A stretch of 63,277 bases of DNA, the filler included, from Folioceros fuciformis (lineage: Eukaryota), in assembly GCA_049999805.1 (NCBI GenBank). It is 7 parts of 7 records of this genome, joined end to end, with 100 filler letters (N's around TTAATTAATTAA, not from the genome) between each part and the next. Parts side by side here need not be neighbours in the genome. Positions count along the whole stretch, not along the records: positions 21,233 to 31,622 come from JBNGIO010003533.1; positions 31,723 to 36,005 come from JBNGIO010003534.1; positions 36,106 to 47,181 come from JBNGIO010003535.1; 4 more parts are not named here. One strand, written 5' to 3'. The translations under genes and the position numbers were made by a program. The first letter of the stretch is position 1, and each line of letters starts with the position of its first letter. This document shows positions 24,201-37,186 of the stretch, one piece after another. A model generated the notes under the pieces. The model saw only the letters and a list, made by a program, of their open reading frames with translations, was not told the origin of the DNA and searched no databases.

Positions 24201-27200
24201 TCCCAAGCTTGGCTCCTGAACAATCTGTTGGGCACTCAATTGCTTCTACACAGGTTGTGGCCTCGAGTGCTGAGAGGGAAAGTAGTTTCCCAGATGAGGT
24301 CCCTGTTACTCCCGGAGAATCATTCTGGAGACCGGCCATTGGCAGAGGAGCATTGGGAGGAAGATCAGTAGGGTCAGTAAAGCAGGTGTCTGTGCCAAGC
24401 CCCAAAGTGGAAAGTCCATCTACATCTCTGGGCGCTTTCAGTCAGGGAGAGAAGGCTAGGGCAGAAACACCCAAGACCCCAGGCCTGAGCACTTCCAAGG
24501 AGAATACGAGGAAGTTCTCAAAGAAGGAGCAGCGGCAGCAGCGGCTGATTCAGCAGCAGCAGCAGCAGCAACTCCAAGCAAACCAGGCATCTACTAGAAT
24601 ATCAGCAGGGTCCAGTTCTGACGTGAGGCCAGAGTTGCAATCAGAGGTATCAGGAAGTGTGAATGTGGAGTTTGTTCCTGGAGACAAACCGACTGTGTCA
24701 TCAAGTTCATCAGGGACAAGGGCAGGATTTGAAAAGGCGAATAGTTCCCACTCTGGCAAGAGTCGGAGCACGCAACAGTCTAGGTTATCAGTGGAGGCTG
24801 AGCGGGTTCCTCCCAAAACTGCAGCCATGACTCCACAGGCTGATAGTGAAGCTGTCTGTTTGGCGGATGTGCCTGCAGAGTCTTCTGTAGCAGAGGAGCC
24901 GGAACAGCAGAAGGCTTTGGGCAAATTCGAACAGGCTGAGAAGCAGCCCTTGTCAACATTGGCAAGGGGTGTGATTACTGTGGATAGTGCGGATTTGTTG
25001 CCTGTTAGTGGAGGGTGTGAAAAAGTCAGTGCAGCTTTCCCTCCAACTGCCAAAGAGGGTGTCTTGGTGCATGTGCATGACCTGCTGTCTGTTGAATTAA
25101 AACAGAAGACAGAGAGCAGTGCTGTTAACGATAAGCAGCTTCCATTTCCCGGTGAGCAGGGTGTTCTGGCGCTTGGAAATGGCAACACACAAGATTCGGA
25201 GAAGGATAGTAGTGTTGAGGTCTCTGTTGAGAAGTCACAGCAGGAATCTGTGGGGAATGGGGCAGTAGTTTATCCTGTCACCACAGCTTTGGACAGTCCT
25301 GAGGACAGTGTGGCACCGAGATCCGTCTCTGTGCTCCCAGTTGAATCAGGATGTGCGATCTCAGATGCAGTGCCTTCTAAGGTTCCCGAATCCTCATTTC
25401 CGAGAGGAGTTTCAAGCGGAGCTGATAGATTCACCAAGACATCAGCCGATGAAGTTCTGGATACATCACTGGATGGGGCATCAGAAGATGATGCACAGAA
25501 ATCTGAAAGGCCAATTTCTGGTTCCTCTTGCTCTGACGACAGCAGTTCGTTAGATGTGCGTGTCAACTCCGTATCACAATTACCTCTTCAAGAGCTGTCG
25601 GCGAGTATTCATAAGGGCGAAGATTCAGTTGTTGCCACATCTGGACCGTTGAAGGAGAGTGGAGTGGACGTCCCAGGTACAGATGTGACAGCTGTTCCAC
25701 TCCAGGTGGAGGGTAGTCCAAGTGTGGTTCAAGTTCAAGATCCCTTAGTTGAGGCACCTAGAGACACTGTGGCTGCTCTGGAGCTGGAGCACAGGAGTGT
25801 TGTGGAGAGCGTTGGTCCCGCATTGCTCCCTGAAAGTCCACCTCAACTTGATAGTGCTGTCCTTGTTTCTAGTGTTGCAAGAGAGAGAGTTACAAAAAAG
25901 GTTGAGGCTGAAGGGCCAAGTTTAGTTGTCTCTTTGGATGAAGGAGCTATTACAGGTGACGCTGCAAAGGGGGATGTGGACGAAGGTACTATTCACAATG
26001 GTCCAACTGGTCATCATGGGAAAACCATGTCTCGTAGTACAAGTCGCAATCATGGTGAGAAGAAAACTGCAAGAGATCTCAGTGTAACCCCGTCAGCTGA
26101 ACATGAGGCAAGAGGTGCGCAGAGAGTATCGAATAGTCTTACAGCCAGACTGTCAGGACATCAGGTCTCGCCTCCACGCTCAGCTTCAGGATCAGGACTA
26201 GATCCAGCAAGCACCCTTGGCGGCCAGGAAGTTGCTTTAGTGTCTACAGTGTCTGAACAAAAGCCAGGAGGCAAGAAGACTAAGAAAATGAAGAAAGAGA
26301 TGCTAGCTAAGGCAGATGCTGCTGGGACAACGGCTGACTTGTTCACTGCATATAAGGCCAATGAGGAAAAAAAGGCAGATGAAGTGAAGCGGACAGATGC
26401 AGGCGCCGGTCTGAGTGCAGACATCAGGAAAGATGCACCAGCTCTGAAGAAGCCAGTCCCAAAGGATTTGGATGACTGGGAGGATGCTGCCGAGCTATCC
26501 ACTCCCAGATCTACTGCGTTGGTGCCACCTGTAACAAACACGAGTTTGGATGAAAGCGGGGGAACTATTAAATACACCCGTGACTTTCTCCTTACCTTTA
26601 AGGATCTACATAGGGACCTTCCTCCTCTCTTCGAGATGAAGCCAGATATCGTGGAGTTGCTTTTGAATCCTCAAGGAATGGGAGCTGGGCTTGTTGACAG
26701 GGAGGCCCTTCCCAGTCCCGGACGGGGCCTAGAACGGCAGCTGAGTTCGGGTCCCCGTCTTGAGCGTAGACCAAGCATGGGGTCAACGACAGATGAGGAT
26801 CGCTGGGGCAAGCAGCCTGGTCCTGCTGCAGGTCGTGGTCACCTTGATGGAGGAATGCAGGGTGGTGGCTTTTGGCCTGGACAGGGGGTGAGCAATGCCG
26901 GATTAATTGCCAGGTTACCATCAGGTATCAGACCTGGTATGGCACCAGGTATCATGATGGGGTTGATTCCTGGAGGTGGAGGTGGTCCTTTGCTCCCTCA
27001 CATGATGGGAGGTGGTGGAGTGCGTCCGAACGGAGTGGATGCTGACAGGTGGCAGCGAGCTCCGACGGCTGGCAAAGGGTTGATGCCGTCACCAAGGACT
27101 CCTCTTCCTAAGATTCACCACTCGGATAATCCATACGAAGTTGGGAAGGTTTCCGATGAGGAGGAAGCCAAACAGAGGCAAATAAAGGGTATCCTGAATA

Positions 27201-30200
27201 AGCTTACCCCTCAGAATTTTGACAAGTTATTTGCACAGGTGAAGGATGTGAACATCGATTCTGCGGTCACACTCACTGGTGTTATCTCACAGATCTTTGA
27301 TAAGGCATTGATGGAGCCAACGTTTTGTGAGATGTATGNNNNNNNNNNNNNNNNNNNNNNNNNNNNNNNNNNNNNNNNNNNNNNNNNNNNNNNNNNNNNN
27401 NNNNNNNNNNNNNNNNNNNNNNNNNNNNNNNNNNNNNNCAGAGTTCACTGAGGAGAACGAAAAAATTACATTCAAGAGAGTACTTTTGAATAAATGTCAG
27501 GAAGAGTTTGAAAGGGGTGAGCAAGAAGAAAAAGAGGCAGAAATTGTTGAAGAAGAAGGGGAGGTTCAATTGAGCAAAGAGGAAAGGGAGGAGAAACGTC
27601 TGAAAGCCCGAAGGCGGATGCTTGGGAACATCAGGTTCATTGGTGAATTATACAAGAAGAGCATGCTCACTGAACGGATCATGCATGAATGCATTTTGAA
27701 ACTTCTTGGAGGTTACCAGAATCCTGATGAGGAAGACGTGGAGGCTTTGTGCAACCTCATGAGCACCATTGGGCGAATTATAGATCATCAGAAGGCCAAG
27801 GAGCATATAGACGCCTACTTTACGAGGATGGAGACCTTATCCAACAATATGAAACTTTCCTCTCGTCTTAGGTTTATGTTGAAGGATGTCATTGATCTCC
27901 GAAAGAATGGCTGGCAGGAGCGAAGGAAGGTTGAGGGCCCAAAAAGGATCGATGAGGTCCATAGAGATGCTGTGCAGGAACGTCAGGCCCAAGCTCAGTC
28001 TGGAAGGACTAGGGGCTCGTCAATGGGGGCTCCAAGAGGAAGAATTGCACCACCCCCAGATTACTCTCGAGCTCCACCTCATTTTGGTCCGCAAACAGGC
28101 TCAGCGTCTCCTGTTGGAGGTTCTCGGGGAGGAATGCGAGGATTCGGACAGGATGTTCGTGTGGAAGATCGGCTTATGATGGAAGCTAGGCCAGTTCCTA
28201 TGCCTCTGTCCACTAAATTAGCAGATGAAGGTCCCATAACTTTAGGTCCTCAGGGTGGGTTAGGACGGGGCATCGGTGTCCGGGGTCAGTCACTTGCTCC
28301 CGGCCGTAGTGCCTTGGCAGATGTGCCAGCTGCGATGCTGGGTGACAGACGCCATGGTGGAGTGCCAGGATCTTTAGGGTATGGATTGGGTTCTGTTGAC
28401 AGGGGTCATTTTGTAGGACGGGAGGATGTGTCAACAAGGCAAAGTGGGTTGGAAAGAACTCTCAGCACCTTGTCTGACAAGCCTTTGCTAGAGAGGCAAG
28501 CGGGGCCAAAGGATAACCATGCTTCAGATAGGTTGTCTGATGCGTCTCACGGATTGGCACACAACGCGACTGCTTTGGTGAGACCAGCTACACCCTCCGA
28601 TCGTGCATCTTCTACCGTGTCGATGCATCTATCTGAAGAGGACCTCAAGAAGAAGTCGGAGTCCACTATTCAGGAGTATTACAGGTATTCAAAATCGTAC
28701 CATGTAATTGTGAATTATAGCGAAATTGATTTTTTGGATTTGGATGAAGCGTGAAGACGACATGCTTTGGGAGAAAAATTAAATGAGGGCTCAGCAACAC
28801 TTTTAGCCTCTGGATATGTCATGGTGATGCTTTTGGCTTTTGCTGCAGTGTACGAGATAAAAAAGAGGCGGCCCTCTGTGTTGAGGATCTGAGAAGTCCC
28901 CACTTTCATCCAACGATGATCTCTCTGTGGGTATCTGAATCCTTGGATAGGAAAGACGTGGACAGGAATGTGCTAGTATCTCTCCTGGTGTATCTTTTGA
29001 ATGCTGAACCTCCAGTGGTGACTACAGACCAACTTGTGAACGGGTAAGTCTAAGCTATCCTTTTTGGTTTTGACAGAGAGTAATCAACATGTTATTAACG
29101 GTTTCTTTGGGATTTCTAGGTTTGAAATGGTAATCTCATTACTGGAGGAAACAATGGTGGATGTTCCGAGGGCACCAGCTTATTTGGGAACTATGCTCGG
29201 CAAGCTCGTTGCCGCGGGCATCATCTCTGTACAGCATGTAGCCAAGCTTTTCAGACAAGAACAAGAGTCTGGAGAGTTGTTGGAAAGCAGCGTTGTTCTG
29301 GATATGTTCATCGATGTATTAGATGTAGTAAGGGCGGAGAAAAGTGAGAGCGCAATGTGTGAAATATATAGGGCGTCCGGTCTTCACATTGAGGACTTCT
29401 TTTCTGTTGAGGATAGAGCAAAGGGTGAGAAGGTCGAGATTGTTCTGCAGAAAAAGCAACTGCAGTGTCTGTGTCCAGTAAGCTCCCAGTCCACTGATTG
29501 TGGTTGAATTGCTCATAACATTGAGCTTTTTGGCGGGTTTTTGAAAGATCTGAAGCTTTCAAATATGCTGGCCTGAGAGTTGACTTGTCTGCCCAGATGT
29601 TTCTCATTGAGAGGCATGTCAAAGCTGCTTTGCAAAGGGATGAGCCACCGTCTGAGATTTTGGATTGGATTCAGGTGGGGATTCGTAGAAATCTTGGGGG
29701 GTTTTTTTTTTTTTTTTTTTTTTTGCAACAGTTCCTCAGAGTGGAAAACATGATGTTGGGATGTCCTTGCTTGCTGCAGAAGGATGTTCCCCAAGCACTC
29801 CAATCCGAAGGCGGGTTTTTGCAAACAATGATGACAGCAGTGTTGAGACATTGTGTCCCGTCTGCGCCTTTTCAATTTGATGTAGGTATTTGGCCCATTG
29901 TTCATTTCTCCACCTCCGACTCCGTAAAGCAGCGAAGTCGCAGCAGATTAATCCACGCATTTTGAATCCAACGTTTGAGCAGAGGTACTCAGGGTAGGTT
30001 GCCCAAAGATTAACCCGTGTGTACTCTGCACGTGCAGAAACTCCTGAAGCAAAAATTGCGGAAGTATGCACCGCTTCTTAAACGCTTCGCTTCAGGCAAA
30101 GCAGCAGAAGCCAGCCAGAGACGATGTGAGTGGTGACTTTTGCATTCCGCTTCGGTCACGACATTCGTGAGCTCTCAGCCTAAAAGAAATGCAGATGCTA

Positions 30201-30844
30201 ACGCAAGATGTGAACTTGCGTAGATATTGTGGCAGTACAGCTATATGCCAATGAGCTGGGACACCCTCCAGGGTTGATGACTTTCCTTTTTGACAGCTTC
30301 TATCGGGACGAAGTATGGTGTCTTCACCCTTTGTCTCTCTTGTGTTTGGTGATGTCCACGGGACAAGTTATTGGCTTCTACAGACTTATCACAAGCACTG
30401 GCTTGCACTTTTGTAGGTAATCTCAGAAGGAGCGTATGTTAAATGGCAAGACGATGTTAAAGACAGTACACCGGGGAGGGACAAAGTACGTGTTTAGTGT
30501 CCACTTTTGTCTTTGCTGTTGTTGGGGTAATAGGGGGATTGAGGATTTGGGAAGTCGATGCGTGTTGTTGTTTACCAGCAAAACCTGATGGATGAGCTGG
30601 CTGGAAGCAACCGCCCATACTCAGATGGATTTTGCTATGAGCTCCTCCCTCTAATTGGGAAAGGAGCGGGGAGGGATGTGTGGACGTTAGTCTCCCGCTC
30701 TTCCTCTTGCTGCAGCTTTTCGTTGACGGGTCTTGTTTGCCTGTCTGTCTGTCTTTCTGCCCCTGTGAGCAGGCTATCTGGGAGGTAGGGAAATGGCTCG
30801 CCTGGTTGGCCTCCGCAGAAGAGGAAGAGGAAAATGAAGATTGA
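21233..30844 (+). CDS. eIF4G: Eukaryotic translation initiation factor 4G, multi-exon, probably 5'-truncated by the contig edge
   Basis: Plant N-terminal motif FQFGSLSPG..Q|IPPRTHSAPPNLDEQK (22480-22665); eIF4E-binding YTRDFLL; MIF4G KGILNKLTPQNFDKL and RRRMLGNIRFIGELYKK; MA3 LSEEDLKKKSESTIQEYY; W2-like last exons ending WLAWLASAEEEEENED* (stop 30842-30844). Confidence 0.95.
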
Positions 30845-31233
30845 CGGGCCATGTGTTAGGTCTCAAACCTATCTAATTGTCCCGGATTAGTGGCGGCTAC
30901 GTGTACAGCAATCAAAGAGAATAACAGCTTAGTTCAAGACCCCAATTTTTCATTGCCCACCCTCCTCCTTCGCAACTCTGGGCGCTCGAGGTCCATTTAT
31001 GCACATCATTATTTCCCCATTGGATGGCTTAATAAAGTTGAACTGGGGCATGGAAGTTGTGAGACCAGTGTTGGTTACCTTACCTTCCCTGATTTGTTGT
31101 TTTCTTTGCACATCCAATGTGCACATGGGATGATGACCTCAATGTAGTAAGCAAGAAGTGAAGCTCTTTGATTGAATTGTTGAATTTAGATCTAGCTGGG
31201 CTTCATTTACTGGCAATGCGTAAGCTTGTGAAA

Positions 31234-31622
31234 TCAAGGAGAATATCCTAGCCAAGCTCTGTCTGGAAGAAGCCCTAAACTACGAGCGACTTCGAACTTG
31301 GATCGAAACACTTGTCCGCTCGGCGACACGAATTGAATGTCCATGGATTTGGATCCAGGTTTCTGGCGCGCCCGCAGCGTCGCCTTCGCCTTCCAGCCGC
31401 GTCCCAGCGCGCCACCGTGTTCAACAATGAACCCGTGCAGCTGGTGCATGGCCTCGTCCCTCTTCCTGGCTAGGATGGCTAGCTGGTGCGGCTCCGTGAC
31501 AGGCTTACGCAACCGGCCCGGGCGACCCCGTCTCTTCACGCCCTCGCCCTTCTTCCCAATCATCTCCGCTTCATCCCCCTCTCCTTCGACGTCGCCTTCG
31601 CCCTGCCCCTCATTCTCATCCT
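31234..31622 (-). CDS. Methyl-CpG-binding-domain protein, 3' fragment
   Basis: LGRGWKAKATLR..SMDIQFVSPSGQVFRSKFEVARSLGL is an MBD signature. The ORF is open to the contig edge. Confidence 0.75.
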
Positions 31623-31722
31623 NNNNNNNNNNNNNNNNNNNNNNNNNNNNNNNNNNNNNNNNNNNNTTAATTAATTAANNNNNNNNNNNNNNNNNNNNNN
31701 NNNNNNNNNNNNNNNNNNNNNN
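31623..31722. other. Artificial contig linker
   Basis: N-TTAATTAATTAA-N. Confidence 0.97.
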
Positions 31723-33708
31723 GTTATCGACATTGGTGACCCCGGTGATTGCTCAAGAGTACTCCCCACTCGCAAACGAAAAGTCTTTGCCTCAAAAGAC
31801 GTGAATGAGATCACCAGTGAAGCCCCGTCCGAACCAATAGCAATGGTCACTTGGGGGACAACTTGATACAGGTTGAAGTCCAATAGCTTGGTGCCTGCAT
31901 AAAACTCATCGATTATCTGATTGGATGCTTGAATGCTGTTTGTGTATGCATCGTGAAGCGATACAAGTGCAGTTATCTTGGTCCCTGCTATGTACGGCCC
32001 AGGTGGCAGCGCGCATGGAGAGGAGGCTATGGAAAACGGACCTGAAAGCATAGAACAGTTGCGTCACGATGGATAACTGAAAAACCCATCTGACACTGCT
32101 CACCCATCTGTTCTACAATTTACTCCCTATACCTGGAACAACTGTAAAGTTGAAAGGCGCATAAAAGCCTTGGGTAGAAAATTTGATACCAAGAGTCAAT
32201 GAATAAGAGCCAGCAAGGCCAGTGGGAACCACAAAAACCATGAACCCATCTGATGGCAACCCATCCCAAGTTTTAATGGTTTTGCTATTCATAGAGTTGG
32301 CTCCAAGAAAACTGCTGCCGGTGAAATGATAAGGCCATGGTAGCCAGGTAGTTTGGGTAGGGGTTATTCCTGTAGTGTCATAACGCACAGGATTCCTAAA
32401 CTCGTCATACAAGGATATGTTCCACATCAAAAGATCTCCTGCCACCATCGTTTGCGGACTGAGAAAAACGAGAGGGCTCGTGTAAAACGAAACACTGCCT
32501 GTGACGTTCATAAAAAGAAAATGGTCAGGTGATAAGTAACACCAACACAAGGGTAGTACAAAATCAGGAGGTCACATGAGCAAAACACAGGGGGATCACC
32601 CCCTTCTACGTATGCAACTGGTGTAAAAGAAGTCATCAGATGTCACTGCAGCCACTGAAAATCATAAACATGATCAATTCCTCGACACAGAGCTTGCATA
32701 CAAACCTCCCATATCAGTAGCTAAATCCCGCCCCAGCCTCACTGAGTGTGGTAGAAGACGTATCAGGCAATGCCACCTCAACCAACATGCCGCGGCCCCG
32801 ACTCACCCAACACTTCCAACGACATGTGCCCACAGGAAATTTACCTGCCAAAAACTTGATGTCCCTGTATGGGCCCAAGCTCACGTAGGGAGCATCACCA
32901 GTCCACGTTGGACCCCAAACTTGAATAAGCCATCTCCACGTGTCGTGAAATGAGACTCGAGTGGATCTGCTCGAGCACTCAGCGCTTGCCAATTTGAATG
33001 CCTGGTTCGCATCAAACGAGAAGCGGCAAGACAGGCCACCAACCTCGTGTCGCACACCGCATGTTGGGCAATCAGCTTGAGGATAAGCGTCTATGCCCGG
33101 CCCCGGCAAACTTTCCAGAGTAACTCTGTTAAATATGTCACTCATATTAAACTGGAAGGTGCTGTGCAACGTTCCCCCACCCAGTGGGTTACTCCACCAT
33201 TGCTCGCCGCAGACAGGGCAAAGGTAGTTGCAAGCCGGCCCTTGGCCGCAATAGCCCTTCCTCGGTAAAAGTCTGCCCTTGTAATACTCGGGTACACGCA
33301 ACCCACAAACCGATCCAGTCACGGGATCCGCCGCCCTGAAATAAACTGGGAAATTCACGAGCACGAACTCGCCCGATCGAACGGATATAGGACCACCGAA
33401 CTCCCACTTGTGTCCAGGCTCCACACAGAAATTATCCGCATTCAACACCGCAGCTTTCACGTCGCTATTGCTGTAGTCGTCAGCCACCTCACGACCTGGG
33501 ACGGTGGATCCATCTGGACGCAATGGAAAGTGTAAGCCGTCCCACAAATTTCGCACCCAGTTGTCTCAACGACCCCGTACGCGGAAATCAAGGCTACGAC
33601 GTAGCGACGCATTGCTGAGCGTTGTGAGAACTGACCGCTCACTTGCCACACCAACAGCAGAAGGATGGAATAAAGCGCGCCGCACAAACGACGCATTCCG
33701 CTTCCCAT
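31723..33708 (-). CDS. Secreted protein with Cys-rich N-terminal domain and filamin/Ig-like repeats (GEX2-like), 3'-truncated
   Basis: Signal-like MRRLCGALYSILLLLVWQVSG; long exon in 32714-33556; repeats MVAGDLLMWNISLYDEFRNPV..AGSYSLTL..PFNFTVVPG and IAGTKITALVSLHDAYTN. The exon structure is only partly resolved. Confidence 0.55.
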
Positions 33709-34716
33709 CTTGCGAGCACCGCGTCAGAGCGATGCGTTCGTGTTTATCATCCTGAGGGCCTCTGTAGGCATGGCCGCCGGCCGGTGCAGGTTTTCCAAGG
33801 CGACGCATGACGCAGCCGAACTGAAGCTCGGCATCTACAGATCCCGGACCTGAGAAGAAGCCGTTGCTGTTGGAACTCAAGGACGCCACATTCGCCTCGA
33901 CCTCGCCAGAGGCCGTTGGCTTCGGACCAGCACATCATCGACAAGTTCTTCTCCCCTTCTTGCTTTCTTTTTCTTTTTTGTTTTCTTTATAATTTATGCA
34001 GATAGCGTTAAATCACACACAGATANNNNNNNNNNNNNNNNNNNNNNNNNNNNNNNNNNNNNNNNNNNNNNNNNNNNNNNNNNNNNNNNNNNNNNNNNNN
34101 NNNNNNNNNNNNNNNNNNNNNNNNNACCCCAGTGAGAAAGGAAGGTTCGGGAAAAAGTGCATAGAGTATTTCTTAAATAACTAACGTGAACACTGTCTCT
34201 CTTCAGAGCCTCTGCGGACTGCTGCATTTTCTGCCACAACCTGTCCTCCTTCCATCCCAACTGTGCACAAGCATGAGTGCGGGGGAGACGGAACAAAACT
34301 CCACGAGATTGGTACAGCCATGCCTCGTCCTTGCATGCTTTCGGAGGGCTACAGTAGAAGGTGAGGGCGAGGCGACACATGTCCTTAACAAGGTACCATA
34401 GGGCGTCTGACAGCGGTTCCTGGCTACCTTGGCTTTCTGCATGCACGTTCGCCAGTAGGTTAGCCTAATTTCCACACGAAAGCTCAGTAGGATGGACAGA
34501 CTTCCTGGCCTGGCCCATAAAATCTCTTCCTACACAAGAGTCCATGTCCGACAAGGTCATGGGCCGCACTCCAAGCACATGCCACACTCTCGTCATTCAG
34601 CAGCAGCACCACATCAGCTATTTCTCCCCATCTAACTCACAGAACAGAAGCCCCGTTCCTTTCTTGGAGCATTTTCTGGTTACATTCGACAATCAGAAGA
34701 CTGGAAACGGTGCACT

Positions 34717-35628
34717 CTAGGATTCCGAACTCCTCCGCCTGAGACCACTTAGGGGAATGACGACGGAGCGCCAGGTAAGCTCTCGCTGGTGATAAAGCAA
34801 TCTGCAACTCCTGTACTGGGGGAGAAATTCCGAGACATCAAGCTCTCCTCTGATGAACTCCCGATGCATCGTTTCAGACTCCTCATCGACTTCCGTGGCA
34901 GCCTGCTCCATCAGACTGACCAGAAGCGCAGGCGGTGTGAAGCCTCGAACATTTTCCACCCGCCTCCGAATCCCATCCAGCCTCTCCTGCGCCGCTGCCA
35001 GCTCCGATGTCCTGATGACGGCGCACTGGTTGCGAAGCTCTGAAGCTTCCCCTTCCCGGGCCAGATTCTTCCTCGCCTGCTCGAGGTTGCTTTGCCTGAG
35101 ATCATGCACCAGCGATTCCGCCTGCTTCACAGAATCCAGTGACTGCAGAAGCGCCGCGTAGCTCTTCGGATCCGTCACCAGAGACTGTACCTCCCGCGCA
35201 CTCTTGCGCGACAAAGCTGAAGAAAACGAGGAAGCTCCCGAGTGATTCATCGCTAAAGACCAATTGTGCGACGGGCGAAGCAGTGGCTGGCGGACTCGCA
35301 ACCGGCTCCCGGTGGCATGTTCAAGTTCGCACTGCCCCTTTCACAGCCGAGCTAAAACTTGGCACGCCACTGTACCTGGTGCGAGGCAACCGGTGGGTGA
35401 AGCCATAAGGCTCTTGACCGGGATCTTTGCAAGACAAGACTATTCAGGGTAGAGCATGCGCTTACGCGTGAAGTCGGTCAAGTGGTCCGCCTGGAAAATA
35501 TTTCGCCACGTCAATTTGGGGCTAGTTGTATGATGCACATAGGCTAACCCTTGCTCCACACGCAAAGGCAGGCGCAGCATGCTGGAAAGTGAAGTTGAAG
35601 ACCAGAACAGATATCGTCGCCTTCCCAT
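34717..35628 (-). CDS. VPS37: ESCRT-I subunit VPS37-like protein
   Basis: QARKNL..E....ELRNQCAVIRTSELAAAQERL; EVDEESE.MH.EF..GE.DV.EFL..YR..R.LYH.R (Mod(r) domain). The start and small 5' exons are uncertain. Confidence 0.8.
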
Positions 35629-35795
35629 TCCTGCAGCTGGGCCTCGCCGGATCTCCACTTGCCATATGGAGAGAGCAGGCGTTGAACGTCTGCCCTTTTA
35701 GACGATATAAGTAAACCTGGAGGCCGGCAGCACAGGGATGTACAAATACGGACGTATTCACAAGAGCAATTGAAGCCCACATCCAGGCACTGTAG

Positions 35796-36005
35796 CTATG
35801 CCACCCTGCCTTCTGCCAGTTCTTCCTCCGTAACTTCAGGAACTCCGCCACCGGACTTTCTCTCTCGGATCCTCTCGATAACATGGCGTCGTTTGTCATT
35901 CAACTTTTTCCCAAGATTCAGAACCTTGGCACGCCTGGAACCAGATGGCTTGGTTAACCTGGACTCGACGTCGTCTCCTCCCAGACTGTGGGAATCTGGC
36001 TTGTT
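35796..36005 (-). CDS. C-terminus of a TEX2-like (SMP-domain) protein
   Basis: SRRAKVLNLGKKLNDKRRHVIERIRERK..RVA* resembles the RRA.MLDLGKKM..KRRH.VEKMR tail of plant TEX2 homologues. Open to the contig edge. Confidence 0.55.
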   Translation of the reverse strand, partial: NKPDSHSLGGDDVESRLTKPSGSRRAKVLNLGKKLNDKRRHVIERIRERKSGGGVPEVTEEELAEGRVA

Positions 36006-36105
36006 NNNNNNNNNNNNNNNNNNNNNNNNNNNNNNNNNNNNNNNNNNNNTTAATTAATTAANNNNNNNNNNNNNNNNNNNNNNNNNNNNNNNNNNNNNNN
36101 NNNNN
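36006..36105. other. Artificial contig linker
   Basis: N-TTAATTAATTAA-N. Confidence 0.97.
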
Positions 36106-36320
36106 AGTCCAGTCCAGTCCGGTCCGTCTCTGCGAGACACTATGTAAATGCGAAGCCGCGCAGCGCCGCACACTCGCAGCCTCTTCTGTTCCACCTACGC
36201 TGCAGCGTCGCCTCGACTCCTCCTTCACGCTCCGCCTTCCGTCCTCAGTTTCGGGTTTCGAGACGCATCGTGGTGGCCTTGGCCTCGCCTCGCTCCAGTC
36301 TGTCTACCTGCGGCACCAAA

Positions 36321-37186
36321 ATGGCGACATTGAGGGAAAGTTTGAGCAACGACTGGACTGTGTATCAGGTAGAAGGACCTCCTGCGTTGCATACAATCTG
36401 CCCTGCCCTGCTCTGCTCTGCCCTGCCTGCCTGCCTGCAAGTATTGCACGTATCTGCTCGCCGGATGACAGCGACGGTCTCTCTGCCTGCTTCTGCAGTT
36501 CTTCAACACACCTTACGACCCTGTGTCAGCTGCCTATTGGATGGAGCCACAACCGATGCCTCACCGCGAGGAGCACTCGTCGAGGCAGCCGAGGACAACA
36601 GTAAGCGAGGCTTAGCTGCTTTGGAATCAATCGTATGCATCGCAATAGCATTAGCGAATACCGAATAGCAACGGCTGAGAGATTGGCAGTTCAAATCAGG
36701 ATGACAATGCGTCCGTGTTCTCTGCTTCTCTTCTTTCCTTCAAATGTCACGCCTGCTCTCCTCTCTGGACCCCTCGGTCCTCGACCACGCTCACCGCTGC
36801 TGTTTTCAACCGTTCTTGTCCTGTCGTGAAACTTGTCGCAGCAGACTGTGGAGCTCAAATGCCTCATGTGTTGCGAGGGCTGCAAGAAGAGCGTGAAGCG
36901 GGCTCTGAGTAACATGACAGGTAAGCAGTACACAGCTTGGGAGCCAGCGCCAACGTCCTGGGAACTCAACAAGGCTGGCACTCGCCTAATCGCTACTGTG
37001 CTGCTTTGGTGCTGTGCAGGAATCAGCTCCTTCAAGGTTAACAATGAGACTCACAAAGTGACCGTGAGCGGCGAGTTTCTTCGACCGGAAGACGTGCTCA
37101 AAGTTGTGCAGAAGGCATCTAAGAAGCAGACCGAACTGTGGCCTGAAAAGCGGTTGCTGGAGAAGAAGGCGTCGCGGATGGAGTGA
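36321..37186 (+). CDS. HMA-domain protein 1 (exons 36321-36368, 36499-36600, 36845-36920, 37020-37186)
   Basis: In-frame GT-AG splicing; TVELKCLMCCEGCKKSVKRAL..KVTVSG..PEDVLK.V.K..K..ELWP. Confidence 0.9.

Noticed and set aside
27339-27438. Apparent frameshift or split of eIF4G
   Set aside because: Caused by a fixed-length 100-N gap inside the MIF4G domain.
34126-34480. Possible exon fragment DALWYLVKDMCRLAL
   Set aside because: No recognisable family, and it runs into a gap.
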